38,118 nt of DNA, from positions 1-38,118 of IMG/VR virus record IMGVR_UViG_3300035663_000041; one strand, given 5' to 3'. The notes beneath the pieces were generated by a model. It did no database searches. It was not told where the DNA came from and saw only the letters and a program-made list of their open reading frames with translations. The first letter of the stretch is position 1. Each line of letters begins with the position of its first letter. Shown here one piece after another: positions 24,366 through 34,455 of the stretch. Both the position numbers and the translations under genes were made by a program. The stretch is from a virus (Duplodnaviria > Caudoviricetes).

Positions 24366-25781
24366 CTAGTGCTCATCATCATACTCCTTCCTCAAGCTCA
24401 TCCCAGCAATTCCCCGCTCATGCCCTTGGCTTTCCGCCAACCTGACCTGCCGCAAATCCCAACTGCTGCCCTGCGCAATCTTCATCGGAAGCATGTTGTT
24501 CGCCACGTGCATCCGGATCTTATTCGCCTTGGTCCACGCCTCCCACTGTGCCCGCACAATCCCGTTACTCACAAACCCTTCCTTCCGCTGCACAAACCGG
24601 GCCTCAAGGAACGCATCGAAGGGGTTGTTCTGCAGGTGATACATGTGCACCGCCCGCTCTGCTGCAGCCGGAACCGGCCACCGCTCCGCAGCCCGGCTGT
24701 TCTCCAGCCGATGTGCACCCATCACACACCACGCAGCAATCCCCTCCAACTCCCGGTCCAACTCAGCCTCCAGATCCAGATCCTCCTTGCCCTCAAAGCT
24801 GACCTCGAACGGTAGCACCAGCATCTTGCCGCTCAACCCCCTGCCCTTGTTGGGCAGCACGGGGATCTCGTTGCTCTGCATAATCACCGCAGCATTCACC
24901 ACCACGTTCCGCTGCTGGCGCATGTACTTCGCATCGACCGTCATCGGGTCCCGGCCCACGATGTTCTTCACCACCCGGCACACGCGCTCGCCGCTCTTCC
25001 CGTCCAACTCGCTCACTTCGTTGATGCTCAGCACCTTTGTGCGCTCGAGCCCGTCCATGCCGAACCCGCCGGCCAGGTCCTCCAGACTTGCACCCATGAA
25101 CGCATCGCGCCCGACCAACTTCCGGATCGTCGCGCTGATCGTGCCCTTGCCGCCACGGATCTTGCCGTACATCAGCATCCACCGCGCATACTTGCGGTTG
25201 CCCATCAGGCAATAGCCCATCCAGCGGGACAGCAACTCTGCCCACACCGGATCGCTCTCGCCCCACTCCCCCACCGCCTGAAGCCACCGCTTGCATTGGC
25301 TGGTGGGGTTCCAGTTCACGGGCAGGATGGCTGTGTCGAACCACCGAGCAGGCCGCTCCATCGTCTCTAGGGTCTTGACATTAACCAGCCGATCTCGGAA
25401 AGCAACAGTTTCCCCCACGGGGAACCGCGCATCTGGCTCTTCAAGCCATAGCGGAACTTCCTCAGCGTCGATTCTGACCAACGCTTCGAGCGCCCGGACC
25501 ACCCCATCGACCTTGGGCTTGTCTGGACTGTACCGAACGAGCACTGGTCCGTTCTGGGTCTGCCGCTCGTACATGGCGTCCTCCAGTACAAGCCATACCC
25601 GATCACGGATGCGCTCCTCATCGAGGACACGCCACGTTCCGCCTTCCCATGCCCACCAATCATTCTTCCATCTCCATAGTCCACGCATCCCACCTGGGGC
25701 GGTAAACTGTCTTTGTAAGATTCGCCGGCCCACTTTGACGGGCTCCAGCGACTGCAACGGGTTCTGCAACCAGTCAGTCAT
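24366..25781 (-). CDS. D5/P4-type superfamily 3 helicase (no primase domain)
   Basis: D5_N-like region, Walker A GKIRGGKGT, Walker B LSINE, motif C MQSNEIP; AAGGAG RBS. Confidence 0.85.
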   Translation of the reverse strand: MTDWLQNPLQSLEPVKVGRRILQRQFTAPGGMRGLWRWKNDWWAWEGGTWRVLDEERIRDRVWLVLEDAMYERQTQNGPVLVRYSPDKPKVDGVVRALEALVRIDAEEVPLWLEEPDARFPVGETVAFRDRLVNVKTLETMERPARWFDTAILPVNWNPTSQCKRWLQAVGEWGESDPVWAELLSRWMGYCLMGNRKYARWMLMYGKIRGGKGTISATIRKLVGRDAFMGASLEDLAGGFGMDGLERTKVLSINEVSELDGKSGERVCRVVKNIVGRDPMTVDAKYMRQQRNVVVNAAVIMQSNEIPVLPNKGRGLSGKMLVLPFEVSFEGKEDLDLEAELDRELEGIAAWCVMGAHRLENSRAAERWPVPAAAERAVHMYHLQNNPFDAFLEARFVQRKEGFVSNGIVRAQWEAWTKANKIRMHVANNMLPMKIAQGSSWDLRQVRLAESQGHERGIAGMSLRKEYDDEH

Positions 25782-25808
25782 TCTTCTTCTCCTTGTTGGA
25801 CCACCATT

Positions 25809-26393
25809 ATGGCATACCTTCCCTCGAATTCAAGCATGACGCCCGAACTTATGAAGGCGTTTCAGGAATTTCTCAAGCAGCAGATTTCGTCGAGCCCTGC
25901 TCCGAGCTCTCGCTACACCGCTGGTCAGCTCCGCAAACATCCTGGCCTTGCAGTCAGCGGCATAAACCCCGCATTCATCCCCCCATCCGTTGGTGGGTTT
26001 AGAGGCAATGTCGGCAACGCTGGCATGAACGCCAAGCGTCGCGCTGTCAAGGGCAGCGTCGTTCGTCCTGCATTCCGTCCGCAGCTGCACGTTGACAAGC
26101 GCGATCAACCTCGCAACGAGATTCCGCACCCGTCTAGCTTTGCGGGCAGGCGGCGCCAAACTTCCATTTCAACCACACTTGCGCCCGGCGGCATTCCCGC
26201 AGCGGATGCAAACCGTGTTGCGCAGGGCAACATGACGGATTCTGACTTCCAGTCGTTTGCGGCAGGCGGTCAGTCCGGAGAACGCCAGGCATTCATCGGA
26301 GCAACGAAGCCCAGCGCAACGTATGACCTTGCGGATCTGGACGCACAGATCGAAGAAGAAAAGAAGAAGATGCGCGTTCGTGGCGAGCTGTAA
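25809..26393 (+). CDS. Hypothetical protein
   Basis: 194 aa, low complexity; first gene of the + strand block. Confidence 0.6.
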   Translation: MAYLPSNSSMTPELMKAFQEFLKQQISSSPAPSSRYTAGQLRKHPGLAVSGINPAFIPPSVGGFRGNVGNAGMNAKRRAVKGSVVRPAFRPQLHVDKRDQPRNEIPHPSSFAGRRRQTSISTTLAPGGIPAADANRVAQGNMTDSDFQSFAAGGQSGERQAFIGATKPSATYDLADLDAQIEEEKKKMRVRGEL

Positions 26394-26402
26394 TCCAAAG
26401 CC

Positions 26403-26915
26403 GTGAATCCCGGAGAAGAACAACATGTGATCTCCTTCGGCAGAGGCGTGCGCCTCATGTCGGAGGAGTATTACATCAAGGAACTCGCCCCGTTTGGCAT
26501 CAACACCAACCGGCGGTTTCGATGCCTTTGCCGAGCCATCTGCTGCCCGCTTATCTTCATTGGTCGCCATGCCTTTGTTGACCCCGCCATCTTCCAGATT
26601 TGCATGAAGCACCTGTCGATGCCGGGGAACAAGGACTTCATCGCCCCAGATTCGTACATCAAAGCCAACGCGGACGCCCACAAGAAGCGCATCTACACCA
26701 ACAAGGTAGACCCCCGCCAGATCCAGAAGAACTGGAAGGAGACTGTGCGAGCCATTGTTGATTGCCGCAAGATCCGGGGACTGGATACGCCGAAGATAAC
26801 TCGCACGGCAATTCGCACTGCGGCTGCAGAACTGACGCGGTTTGTGCTTACAATGATCCCGTCCGGCGAACAGGAGCAGGCAAATGGCGAACAACAGGAA
26901 GCCGACGTTTCGTGA
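26403..26915 (+). CDS. Hypothetical protein
   Basis: 170 aa, GTG start. Confidence 0.7.
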   Translation: MNPGEEQHVISFGRGVRLMSEEYYIKELAPFGINTNRRFRCLCRAICCPLIFIGRHAFVDPAIFQICMKHLSMPGNKDFIAPDSYIKANADAHKKRIYTNKVDPRQIQKNWKETVRAIVDCRKIRGLDTPKITRTAIRTAAAELTRFVLTMIPSGEQEQANGEQQEADVS

Positions 26916-28746
26916 ACTCTCGTCTGTGTGGAAGCGCATGGCGGAGTCCAACTCCCCCTCTTTCCACCAGCGCGACATCAACAACGCGGTAGAGGATGCT
27001 GTCCTCGCTGGCGATCTTCCCCGCGAGGCCGCTGACTACGCCAAGGTGCTTGCCGTTTACGCCGAGGAACTGATCCGTGAACGCGGTCGTCCACAGGGCG
27101 GCACCGGCAAGGAAACAAAGCGAGTGGCCAGCGAGCGCCACTTTGTTGGTGGGGAACACGAGGCGGAGACTAGCCAGGAACGCGAGCTGCTTGATGTGTC
27201 CCGCACTTCTGAGAAGCCGGGCGTCAAGCCCGTACGACTTGCGGGCCCCGACATCGACCCCGAAGACGCTGATCTTCTTCGCAAGTCTCTTGCCGGCAAG
27301 TCTGGCAAGGCCCTTGCGTCAATGGTCATCAGCGAAGACCAGGCATCCGGTCTGCGCCGTAGTTCCGTTGAGAAGCCTCCGCACAGCGGGTTTATCGGCC
27401 CGATGCCTGCTATTGACAACCCCCTTGAGAAGTTGCGCCCCCGCGCAGAACGACCGGAGCCGAAGCCTGCGCCGCGCGGATCGGCTGAAGCACAGGCTAA
27501 TCGCATGGTGGAAGCCATCAAGCGAAGCGGCATGGACGTTTCTGAGGGAAGCATTCCAGGAAAGTCCGGCAAGGGCGTGTTCTTCGGATTCAAGAAGAAC
27601 CCGAAGGTTGCTCGCTTTTACAGTCCTGAAATTCTTGAGGAAGTTCTTGGAGCAGGCGCAAAGGGATCTGATGTTTTCGCTGGCGTCGGTGAGGACGGCA
27701 AGAGTGTCTTTGACATTCTGAACGCTCGTGCCAAGGGTGGAGACATGCACGCTGCTGCCGCTTTCGAGTTGCTGAAGCGCAAGCATTTCAAGACTGGGGA
27801 GCGTTCGGCGAAGGCTGGGAAGCGCACTACCGAACCAGTCTTGAAGCCCGTCAAGGGTGGGGGGTTTGAGCCCGTTACCCGCACAAACGAAAAGGGCGAA
27901 GAGGTTCCCGTCACGGAAATCCGTGGGCCCGAGGACAAGGCGCGCCGCAAGTCGCGCAACGAATCGCGGTCGATGGGCCAGACTGCAAGCGAGGCCGCTT
28001 TCCGCCGCAGCAAGTTTGATCCGGAACGGGTTGGTGGTTCCACCTCCCGCAACATGAGCGTGGACCAGGCGGCGATTGCGCGTGAGATTGAGATGCAGCG
28101 CCGGACAGACCCGGAAACTGGGGAACTGAAGCAGGGGCCTCTGACCAAGGAGGTGTACGAGCAAATCCGCCGGATGGCCAAGGAGCCCGGTCGTAAGCCC
28201 GAAGCGCCCATGGACGAACTCATCGCGGCATTCAAGAAGGCCCGTGCACGCAAGCGACAGGAAGTTCCGGACGTCATGTTCGGAAAGGAGCGGCTTGCAA
28301 AGCAAGAAGATAGGCCAAGGCGTGACTTTGTTGGTCCGATGCCTCTTCGCAAGCAGCCAGTCGATCCCAAGTACATGAGGCGCGAACAGAGCACCGGCAT
28401 GAGTGCTGAGTCTGAAGGCGGGAACTCCCGCAGGCTGCAGGCGTTGGAGCGTCTGCGCAACATCATCCTCTCGCGTGGCGGTGTGATGGATCCCCGCGAC
28501 ATGGGACCCCACCAGGCTCCTCGGATGACTTCGCGTTACGGCCCTGCTGGTTTGATCGAAGAAGGCGAACCTGTTACGCAGGCTCGCAAGTCTGTGCCCG
28601 AGCGCCGTGCGCCGCGGCCGAGAGTTGAACTTGTCAGATCCCCCAAGGCCAAGCGGAAGCCCATCAACAAGCGTCCCGGCAAGGGCCCTGGCATCAAGGA
28701 AAAGATCTTCTCAATGATGGCCAACGCTAGGAGGAAGGCGCGTTGA
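26884..28746 (+). CDS. Large basic, probably disordered hypothetical protein with repeated F[IV]GPMP motif
   Basis: 620 aa, K/R/E/P/G-rich; GGAG RBS. Confidence 0.75.
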   Translation: MANNRKPTFRELSSVWKRMAESNSPSFHQRDINNAVEDAVLAGDLPREAADYAKVLAVYAEELIRERGRPQGGTGKETKRVASERHFVGGEHEAETSQERELLDVSRTSEKPGVKPVRLAGPDIDPEDADLLRKSLAGKSGKALASMVISEDQASGLRRSSVEKPPHSGFIGPMPAIDNPLEKLRPRAERPEPKPAPRGSAEAQANRMVEAIKRSGMDVSEGSIPGKSGKGVFFGFKKNPKVARFYSPEILEEVLGAGAKGSDVFAGVGEDGKSVFDILNARAKGGDMHAAAAFELLKRKHFKTGERSAKAGKRTTEPVLKPVKGGGFEPVTRTNEKGEEVPVTEIRGPEDKARRKSRNESRSMGQTASEAAFRRSKFDPERVGGSTSRNMSVDQAAIAREIEMQRRTDPETGELKQGPLTKEVYEQIRRMAKEPGRKPEAPMDELIAAFKKARARKRQEVPDVMFGKERLAKQEDRPRRDFVGPMPLRKQPVDPKYMRREQSTGMSAESEGGNSRRLQALERLRNIILSRGGVMDPRDMGPHQAPRMTSRYGPAGLIEEGEPVTQARKSVPERRAPRPRVELVRSPKAKRKPINKRPGKGPGIKEKIFSMMANARRKAR

Positions 28747-29144
28747 AGAAGCTTCCAGCATCTGCCGGGGACGAAGTAATCCGTTCGTACTTTGGGCTGG
28801 ACGGGGTGTCTCTTGCGCTCAGGGCTAGCAACTGGGAAGTCGGGGAGGAAGTAGAGCGGCTGGTTGAGTTCAGCCGAGACCCGGATCCCAAGGTTGCAAT
28901 GCAGGCAATGAAGCAATTGCGTGGAGTTGTGCGGGAAACGGCGGAGATCAACGGTATCATCCAGAGCCGGAACGCCGAGATCACCCACACCGAGGGCAAC
29001 CAGACGGTAAAGGTAAGCTCGACTTCCAAGATCGTGCAGTCCCTGAAAGAGAGCACAAGCCATGTCCAAATCCCAGATTCCCTTCCCTTCGCAGCCCAGT
29101 ATCTCCCTGCCCGCGATTCCGGATCACCTGCTTCCGGTGTTTGA
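28743..29144 (+). CDS. Possible terminase small subunit
   Basis: 133 aa helical protein two genes upstream of terL; call is positional only. Confidence 0.35.
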   Translation: MKKLPASAGDEVIRSYFGLDGVSLALRASNWEVGEEVERLVEFSRDPDPKVAMQAMKQLRGVVRETAEINGIIQSRNAEITHTEGNQTVKVSSTSKIVQSLKESTSHVQIPDSLPFAAQYLPARDSGSPASGV

Positions 29145-29397
29145 GCTGGTGAGTTCCTTGTCGAGCATGGAGTGCTGGCGCATCGGTGCGCCCATCCTGC
29201 TGGACTTGGGTGTTATGGATCCAACCACATTTCGCAAGGCAGAGCCAGAACAGATTGGCGAGATGTTCCGCGAGCGGATCCAGCCGACCGAACAGTGGTT
29301 CAAGCGCGCCGATGACCTTGGTCGCTACATCAACGACCACAAGCTGATGGCTGTAGTTCTCATGCGCATTGCTGCGGTGGAGCTGGTGGGGTCTTGA
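29062..29397 (+). CDS. Hypothetical protein
   Basis: 111 aa, coupled to terL by TTGA; start uncertain. Confidence 0.6.
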   Translation: MSKSQIPFPSQPSISLPAIPDHLLPVFELVSSLSSMECWRIGAPILLDLGVMDPTTFRKAEPEQIGEMFRERIQPTEQWFKRADDLGRYINDHKLMAVVLMRIAAVELVGS

Positions 29398-31337
29398 GCA
29401 TTGTCCGCATTGAGCGGAAGCGCAACGACCTATACCCGCTGCCCGCTGACTACCTCGAGCTGAGCCCGGAAGGCCAGCGGCTTGCTCGCGTCAACGCGTG
29501 CCGGCAGTGGCAGTTGAGCGGTGACCCAAACGACCGGGCGCACGCGCTGGCTGCGTGCATCAACTTCTTTGACCGTTACTACCTGTACCCGGACTGGGAC
29601 GAGGAGTTCAACCCGTACTTCTACGATGATGACCCCATCGAATCGCCGCTCGGGCATTTCGCGATCTACCGGCTGTGGGCCCTCGCAAGCAAGAGCGTGG
29701 CAATCGCACCGCGCGGTTTCGCGAAGAGCAATTGCTTCCGGAAGTCGGCACTCCTTCAAATGGTTAGCCGCCCGGCGTACTCCTTCATCTACGCGACGAG
29801 CAGCATAGACAACGCGGAGCAGACGAGCCAGGTGCTGAAGACTCAGTTCCTTGGCAACCAGCGGCTGTTCGATGACTGGGGCCCTGAGTTCCCCGATGGC
29901 CGCATCACGCCGAAGCGCGGCGAGCGTTCGTTCGGCGTGGAGATGATGTACCTGAACAACGGCAGTTGGTTCCGCGCAATCAGCGCAGAGAGCCGCCAGC
30001 GTGGTGGTCGCCCGCGCGTGTACGCGCTCGATGACCCGGAGTATGACCCCAAGGCATCGACCAGCATGTCGATCCTGCGGTCGTACATGGAGCGGTTGCT
30101 GTTCAAAGTCGTGATGCCCATGGTCACCCGTCGCGATACGAGCGTGCGGTGGCTGGCGACGTTCGTGAGTCGGCGGCACTACGCGTGGCACGCGATGATG
30201 ACTGAGCCGTCCCCCACCGGCCTGGTGGCGAAGGACCCCCGCTTTGACCAGTGGGCCCGTTTGACGCTGAAGGCGGAGTACGAGGAGGAGGGGGTTCGGA
30301 AGTCCTGCTGGCCTGGCATGTGGCCGCTTGACCGGAAGGCAAAGGATGCAGACCCCAAGTTGAAGGGGTTTGTCAGCCTAGAGGAAATCCGGGAGATGAT
30401 CGGCACCCACAACTATCTGGCCGAGTATCTAGCCCAGCCGGGCGAGGCCGAGGACATGCACTTCGGCGAGGTGACCAAAGAGAAGCACGGGTGGTGGTTG
30501 GAAAGCCCGGATCCCCTGTTTGACACCGACCCGAAGAACAGCGAGTCTGTTATCTGCTGGAATGGCAAGGGTGGGCTGGAAGAGAAGATGCCCATTCAGC
30601 AGTTCCTGAAGGAACGGGTGCGGATGTTCATCACGGTCGACACGAGCTTTACGGCCACGAGCGACAGCGACTTCAAGGTCTGCACCCTGCTGGGGTACGA
30701 CCCGGTGGACGCTTGCCTGTTTGTGCTGGACACGTGGGGTGCCCAGTGCCGCGAGCAGAAGTTGATTGAGCAGTCGTTCGCGATGGCCGGCAGGTGGGGT
30801 TGCCCAACGATTCACCCCGAGGTGGTGCGGCAGTCGTTCGGCTTGTACACGGCTATGGAGTCAATGGTCCGCCAGAAGGCTGCGGAAGTGACTGGCCAGA
30901 CCCCGCCCCGGATCATCCCGTTGAAGGTGGGCATGCTGGACAAGACCAGCAAGATCAACTCGCTGCACTACCGGTTTGAGCACGGGCTTATCAAGTTTCC
31001 CACGTGGCGCAGGGGCAACTTGCCGTGGCGTCTCCTGTTCGACCAGATTGAGCAGTTCAACCCGGACGCCGACAGTGGTGGCCTCCAGCACGACGACTTT
31101 ATCGACACGGTCGCAATGAGCATGTTTGTGGTCCGTGGCCGGCTTGACCGTCAGGTGGCTGGTGGGGAAAGCCAGGCGCTGGACTTCGACAAGATGCTGA
31201 CCGACGGAACTATTCACGATGCGTTGCCCGGCGGTGTTCCGGTGGTTGAAGCGATGGACTTCAGCCGGATGTCCGCCCAGTCCCTGATTGATGGAATGGA
31301 GCCCCCGCCAAATGTCAAACGAGGTTCGCGCGTCTAA
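29394..31337 (+). CDS. terL: Terminase large subunit
   Basis: Walker A APRGFAKS, Walker B YALDDPE, RNase H-like 'ITVDTS', 'SDF' and 'HDDFID'. Confidence 0.92.
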   Translation: MSIVRIERKRNDLYPLPADYLELSPEGQRLARVNACRQWQLSGDPNDRAHALAACINFFDRYYLYPDWDEEFNPYFYDDDPIESPLGHFAIYRLWALASKSVAIAPRGFAKSNCFRKSALLQMVSRPAYSFIYATSSIDNAEQTSQVLKTQFLGNQRLFDDWGPEFPDGRITPKRGERSFGVEMMYLNNGSWFRAISAESRQRGGRPRVYALDDPEYDPKASTSMSILRSYMERLLFKVVMPMVTRRDTSVRWLATFVSRRHYAWHAMMTEPSPTGLVAKDPRFDQWARLTLKAEYEEEGVRKSCWPGMWPLDRKAKDADPKLKGFVSLEEIREMIGTHNYLAEYLAQPGEAEDMHFGEVTKEKHGWWLESPDPLFDTDPKNSESVICWNGKGGLEEKMPIQQFLKERVRMFITVDTSFTATSDSDFKVCTLLGYDPVDACLFVLDTWGAQCREQKLIEQSFAMAGRWGCPTIHPEVVRQSFGLYTAMESMVRQKAAEVTGQTPPRIIPLKVGMLDKTSKINSLHYRFEHGLIKFPTWRRGNLPWRLLFDQIEQFNPDADSGGLQHDDFIDTVAMSMFVVRGRLDRQVAGGESQALDFDKMLTDGTIHDALPGGVPVVEAMDFSRMSAQSLIDGMEPPPNVKRGSRV

Positions 31338-31560
31338 TACCGCGTATGTGACGATTCCTTTCGTATACTTTCAGATGCTGGCCCAGTCGTATTATGGGCA
31401 GCAGGTGCCGGATGGCATGGATGCAACCCCTGTGAATCACAAGGTGCCGCAGCCAGATCCGACGCCGCGATCTTCGTTCAACCTCAAGGACGTTGAGCTC
31501 TTTGAGGAAATGCCGCCTGGTTGGAAGTCCCTGAGAAAGCGAAACAACGATGGCAAGTGA
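31312..31560 (+). CDS. Hypothetical protein
   Basis: Likely start MSNEVR, between terL and portal. Confidence 0.6.
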   Translation: MSNEVRASNTAYVTIPFVYFQMLAQSYYGQQVPDGMDATPVNHKVPQPDPTPRSSFNLKDVELFEEMPPGWKSLRKRNNDGK

Positions 31561-33547
31561 CATCTACCCGCTGCCCAAGGACAAGCGTCTGCTTGCGCAG
31601 ATCATTGACCAGCACGTTGAGCGAGAGCTCACGAAGATCACGTACCGCCGCACGCTGTGGATTCTTGCGTGGTACTACCTGAACGGGTTCCGCCGGTTCG
31701 ACGTGTTCGATCCGCGCACGAGCCGCGTTGTGCCGTACTACCTTGACGAAGACGGGAACATGGAGTTCCAGTCGACCGAGTTGATGTCGATCATCGACAA
31801 AACCACGGCGCGACTGAACACGATGGACCTGCGCCCGCGTGCACTCCGCCAAGGTTTCAGCCTCGCGGGTCTGCGCGAGCGCAGCGTTGCCCAGTTGGTG
31901 GCTGATGCGGTGGTGGGGGACCAGCAGCTTGAGAAGGTCAAGCGCGACTTCAACTACATCTTTTCGCTGCTTGGTTCGTGCGGCGTAACGGGTCACATGG
32001 TGGACCACCCGACGATTGGCTTGACGGCTGATCTCGAAGTGGTGCACCCCAAGGAACTGCTGCCTTTCCCGAGTCTGGGACAGGATCACACGAAGGCACG
32101 CGGCATCATTCGCCAGCGGGTTGTCACCATGAGTTTCCTTCAAGAGAGGTACGGCAAGAAGTTCCTCGAGAAGGAAAAGATGAAGATGGACGCCTGGAGT
32201 TGGGAATGGGGCCACGACATGGAAGAGCCGGCTGACGCGCCTGGAAACGGGTACGTCCTCAACAGTGCTGCATCCGGCGCACTGAACGGGATCCCCGGCG
32301 ACAACGAGATGGAAGTCGTGAAGGTGCGCGAGCTTTGGCTCGACGGCCCCCGCGGTACTTGCAGCCGTTACGTTGTGTCCAGCGGCAATGTGATCATTGA
32401 GGATCGCGACCTCAGCGATGTAGAGACGTATTGCCCCATCGGGTTTGCTCGGTTCATGGACAACGGCACGTTCCACGGAGCGGGCCTGTTTGACCTGATG
32501 TTCGGCATCGTGCGCGAGATGGAACGGCTGCTCAAGAGCCTGTTCAACAACATCCGCGACATCGACAAGTACGGCGTGCTGGTCATGCCGCAGGGCACAA
32601 TCAACGAGCGGGCCGTTCTGCGCGATATCGGCAAGGGCTTGCGGTACATGAGTTACAGCCGCGATGCGCTGCTGGGCGATGATTTCAAGCCGATGGTCAT
32701 CCAGCCGTACAACGCCGGCGATGTGCCGGGCAAGGTTGCGCAGTTTGCGAAGGGCATCGTGGACAGCCTGAGCCCGGTGCAGGATCTGCTGGCGGAGAAG
32801 GGTCGCGTCGACAGCGCAAGCGGTCTGCAGTTCCTTGACGAACAGATCAGCAAGGCGATGACGAACCCCACCAGCGGTGTGCAGGCTGCGTTCGGCGGCA
32901 TGTACAAGAGCCTTGTGCAGAAGGCAACGAAGGAAATGCTGGTCAGCGACCGCGCTCTGCCGGTCAACAAGTTGACGCTGGACCTGGCGGGTGCAGTGAT
33001 TGATCCTGAAAACGGAACGGTCAGTTTCAAGAAGAACCCGATTCCAAACTTCAGCCAGATCAGCTTTACTGTGAAGGACACCAGCCCACGCAGTGAAGTG
33101 GTGCGGAAGCAGGAAGCAATGGGGCTGCTGCAGGCAAAGGTCACGGATCCCGAAGCGCTCAAGTTGTTTGCGCTCAAGGAAGGTCTTGACTTTGCAATGT
33201 GGATGGAAGAGGAAAAGAGCGCATACGAAAGCATCATCCGCAACACGCTGCTGCTGTATGGCGATGGCCAGCAGACTCAGCAGATTGTGGTGACTCCGCA
33301 TACCGCGCGGCCCGACCTGCAGCTCAGGGTGCTGAGCGCGTTCATGTCCAACCCGATTATGTCCTTGGCAAGTCCTGCGGTGCAGGATGCGTTTAAGGCT
33401 TACCGTGAGTCCCTGATCTCGTTCATGGGACAGTCCCTACCCGCAATGGTTCCAAACCCAGACGACGTCGCACTCGTCAATCCCGGCATGATGCAGGGTG
33501 GGCCAGGGCCCGGAGCACAACCACCTCAAGGAGTTATGAATGGCTGA
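31550..33547 (+). CDS. Portal protein
   Basis: 665 aa between terL and scaffold; 'GRVDSASGLQFLDEQ' is portal-like; Pro/Gln/Gly tail. Confidence 0.8.
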   Translation: MASDIYPLPKDKRLLAQIIDQHVERELTKITYRRTLWILAWYYLNGFRRFDVFDPRTSRVVPYYLDEDGNMEFQSTELMSIIDKTTARLNTMDLRPRALRQGFSLAGLRERSVAQLVADAVVGDQQLEKVKRDFNYIFSLLGSCGVTGHMVDHPTIGLTADLEVVHPKELLPFPSLGQDHTKARGIIRQRVVTMSFLQERYGKKFLEKEKMKMDAWSWEWGHDMEEPADAPGNGYVLNSAASGALNGIPGDNEMEVVKVRELWLDGPRGTCSRYVVSSGNVIIEDRDLSDVETYCPIGFARFMDNGTFHGAGLFDLMFGIVREMERLLKSLFNNIRDIDKYGVLVMPQGTINERAVLRDIGKGLRYMSYSRDALLGDDFKPMVIQPYNAGDVPGKVAQFAKGIVDSLSPVQDLLAEKGRVDSASGLQFLDEQISKAMTNPTSGVQAAFGGMYKSLVQKATKEMLVSDRALPVNKLTLDLAGAVIDPENGTVSFKKNPIPNFSQISFTVKDTSPRSEVVRKQEAMGLLQAKVTDPEALKLFALKEGLDFAMWMEEEKSAYESIIRNTLLLYGDGQQTQQIVVTPHTARPDLQLRVLSAFMSNPIMSLASPAVQDAFKAYRESLISFMGQSLPAMVPNPDDVALVNPGMMQGGPGPGAQPPQGVMNG

Positions 33548-34415
33548 CGAAAACAATGATGCGCTGGACATGGATACCGAACTGGAACTGGAAGACGGTT
33601 CGGTTGTGAAGTTGGGCGAACTGATGCAGCAGGCCCAGCAGGCTCGGCAGCTTGAAAGCCGGGTTCAGGACCTGACCCGGTTCCAGCAGAACGCAACCAA
33701 GCTGATGCGTGGGGAAAGCCCGGACGCACAGGCGGCATACGAAGTGCTGCGTGGTGCGGGGTTCAGCGACGAGGAGGCGCAGCAGTACGCGCAGGAGTAT
33801 GTGGATGGCGAGCAGTCTGGTGGAGGACGGGAGCAAGACATGAGCGATGACGAGCAGATTGAGCGGATGCTTAAGCAGTCCACCCGTGCAGCGGAAGAGC
33901 GCGCAGAGTCTGCACTGCGGGAAACGCGGGAAATGCGCCTGCGCATGCTGAAGTCGGAAATGGACAAGAACGTGGTTTCTGCCATTGACGGAAACCCGGA
34001 GATCGTTAAGATGTTGGAAACGCTCGACAAGACCCGTGGTCGCGAACACGCGGCGGGTGCCTGGCGAGCTCTGCAGGAGCAAGTCCGCGAAGCCACCCTC
34101 AAGAACCTCTATTCCCGGCGCGATGCCGAAGGTGGAAGGTTCAGCGAGGACTGGGTTGCGGACGAGGCGGCAAAGGCTGCCAAGTCGATTGCAGGAAATT
34201 ATCGCACGGTAATCGGCGACATTGACGGCCTCGGCCGGTCGCCGGAAACAGAGGGCGAGCTCGAGTTCCTGAAGTCCAAGCCAGAGGTCAAGCCCCCCGA
34301 ATTCCAGAAGGGCATGGACCGAGGCGTGGTCGACAAGAACGTCCGAGACTTCAACGTGGACGCGCTTTCTCGCCTTGCCGCAGACGCTGCGGCTGGTGGG
34401 GAAACGAAGGTCTGA
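33540..34415 (+). CDS. Capsid scaffolding protein
   Basis: Acidic helical 291 aa between portal and capsid; 'DGSVVKLGEL' start. Confidence 0.7.
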   Translation: MADENNDALDMDTELELEDGSVVKLGELMQQAQQARQLESRVQDLTRFQQNATKLMRGESPDAQAAYEVLRGAGFSDEEAQQYAQEYVDGEQSGGGREQDMSDDEQIERMLKQSTRAAEERAESALRETREMRLRMLKSEMDKNVVSAIDGNPEIVKMLETLDKTRGREHAAGAWRALQEQVREATLKNLYSRRDAEGGRFSEDWVADEAAKAAKSIAGNYRTVIGDIDGLGRSPETEGELEFLKSKPEVKPPEFQKGMDRGVVDKNVRDFNVDALSRLAADAAAGGETKV

Positions 34416-34455
34416 TTCATCGCCCCTAACCGGTCTGTGACCGGAGACAACAACC

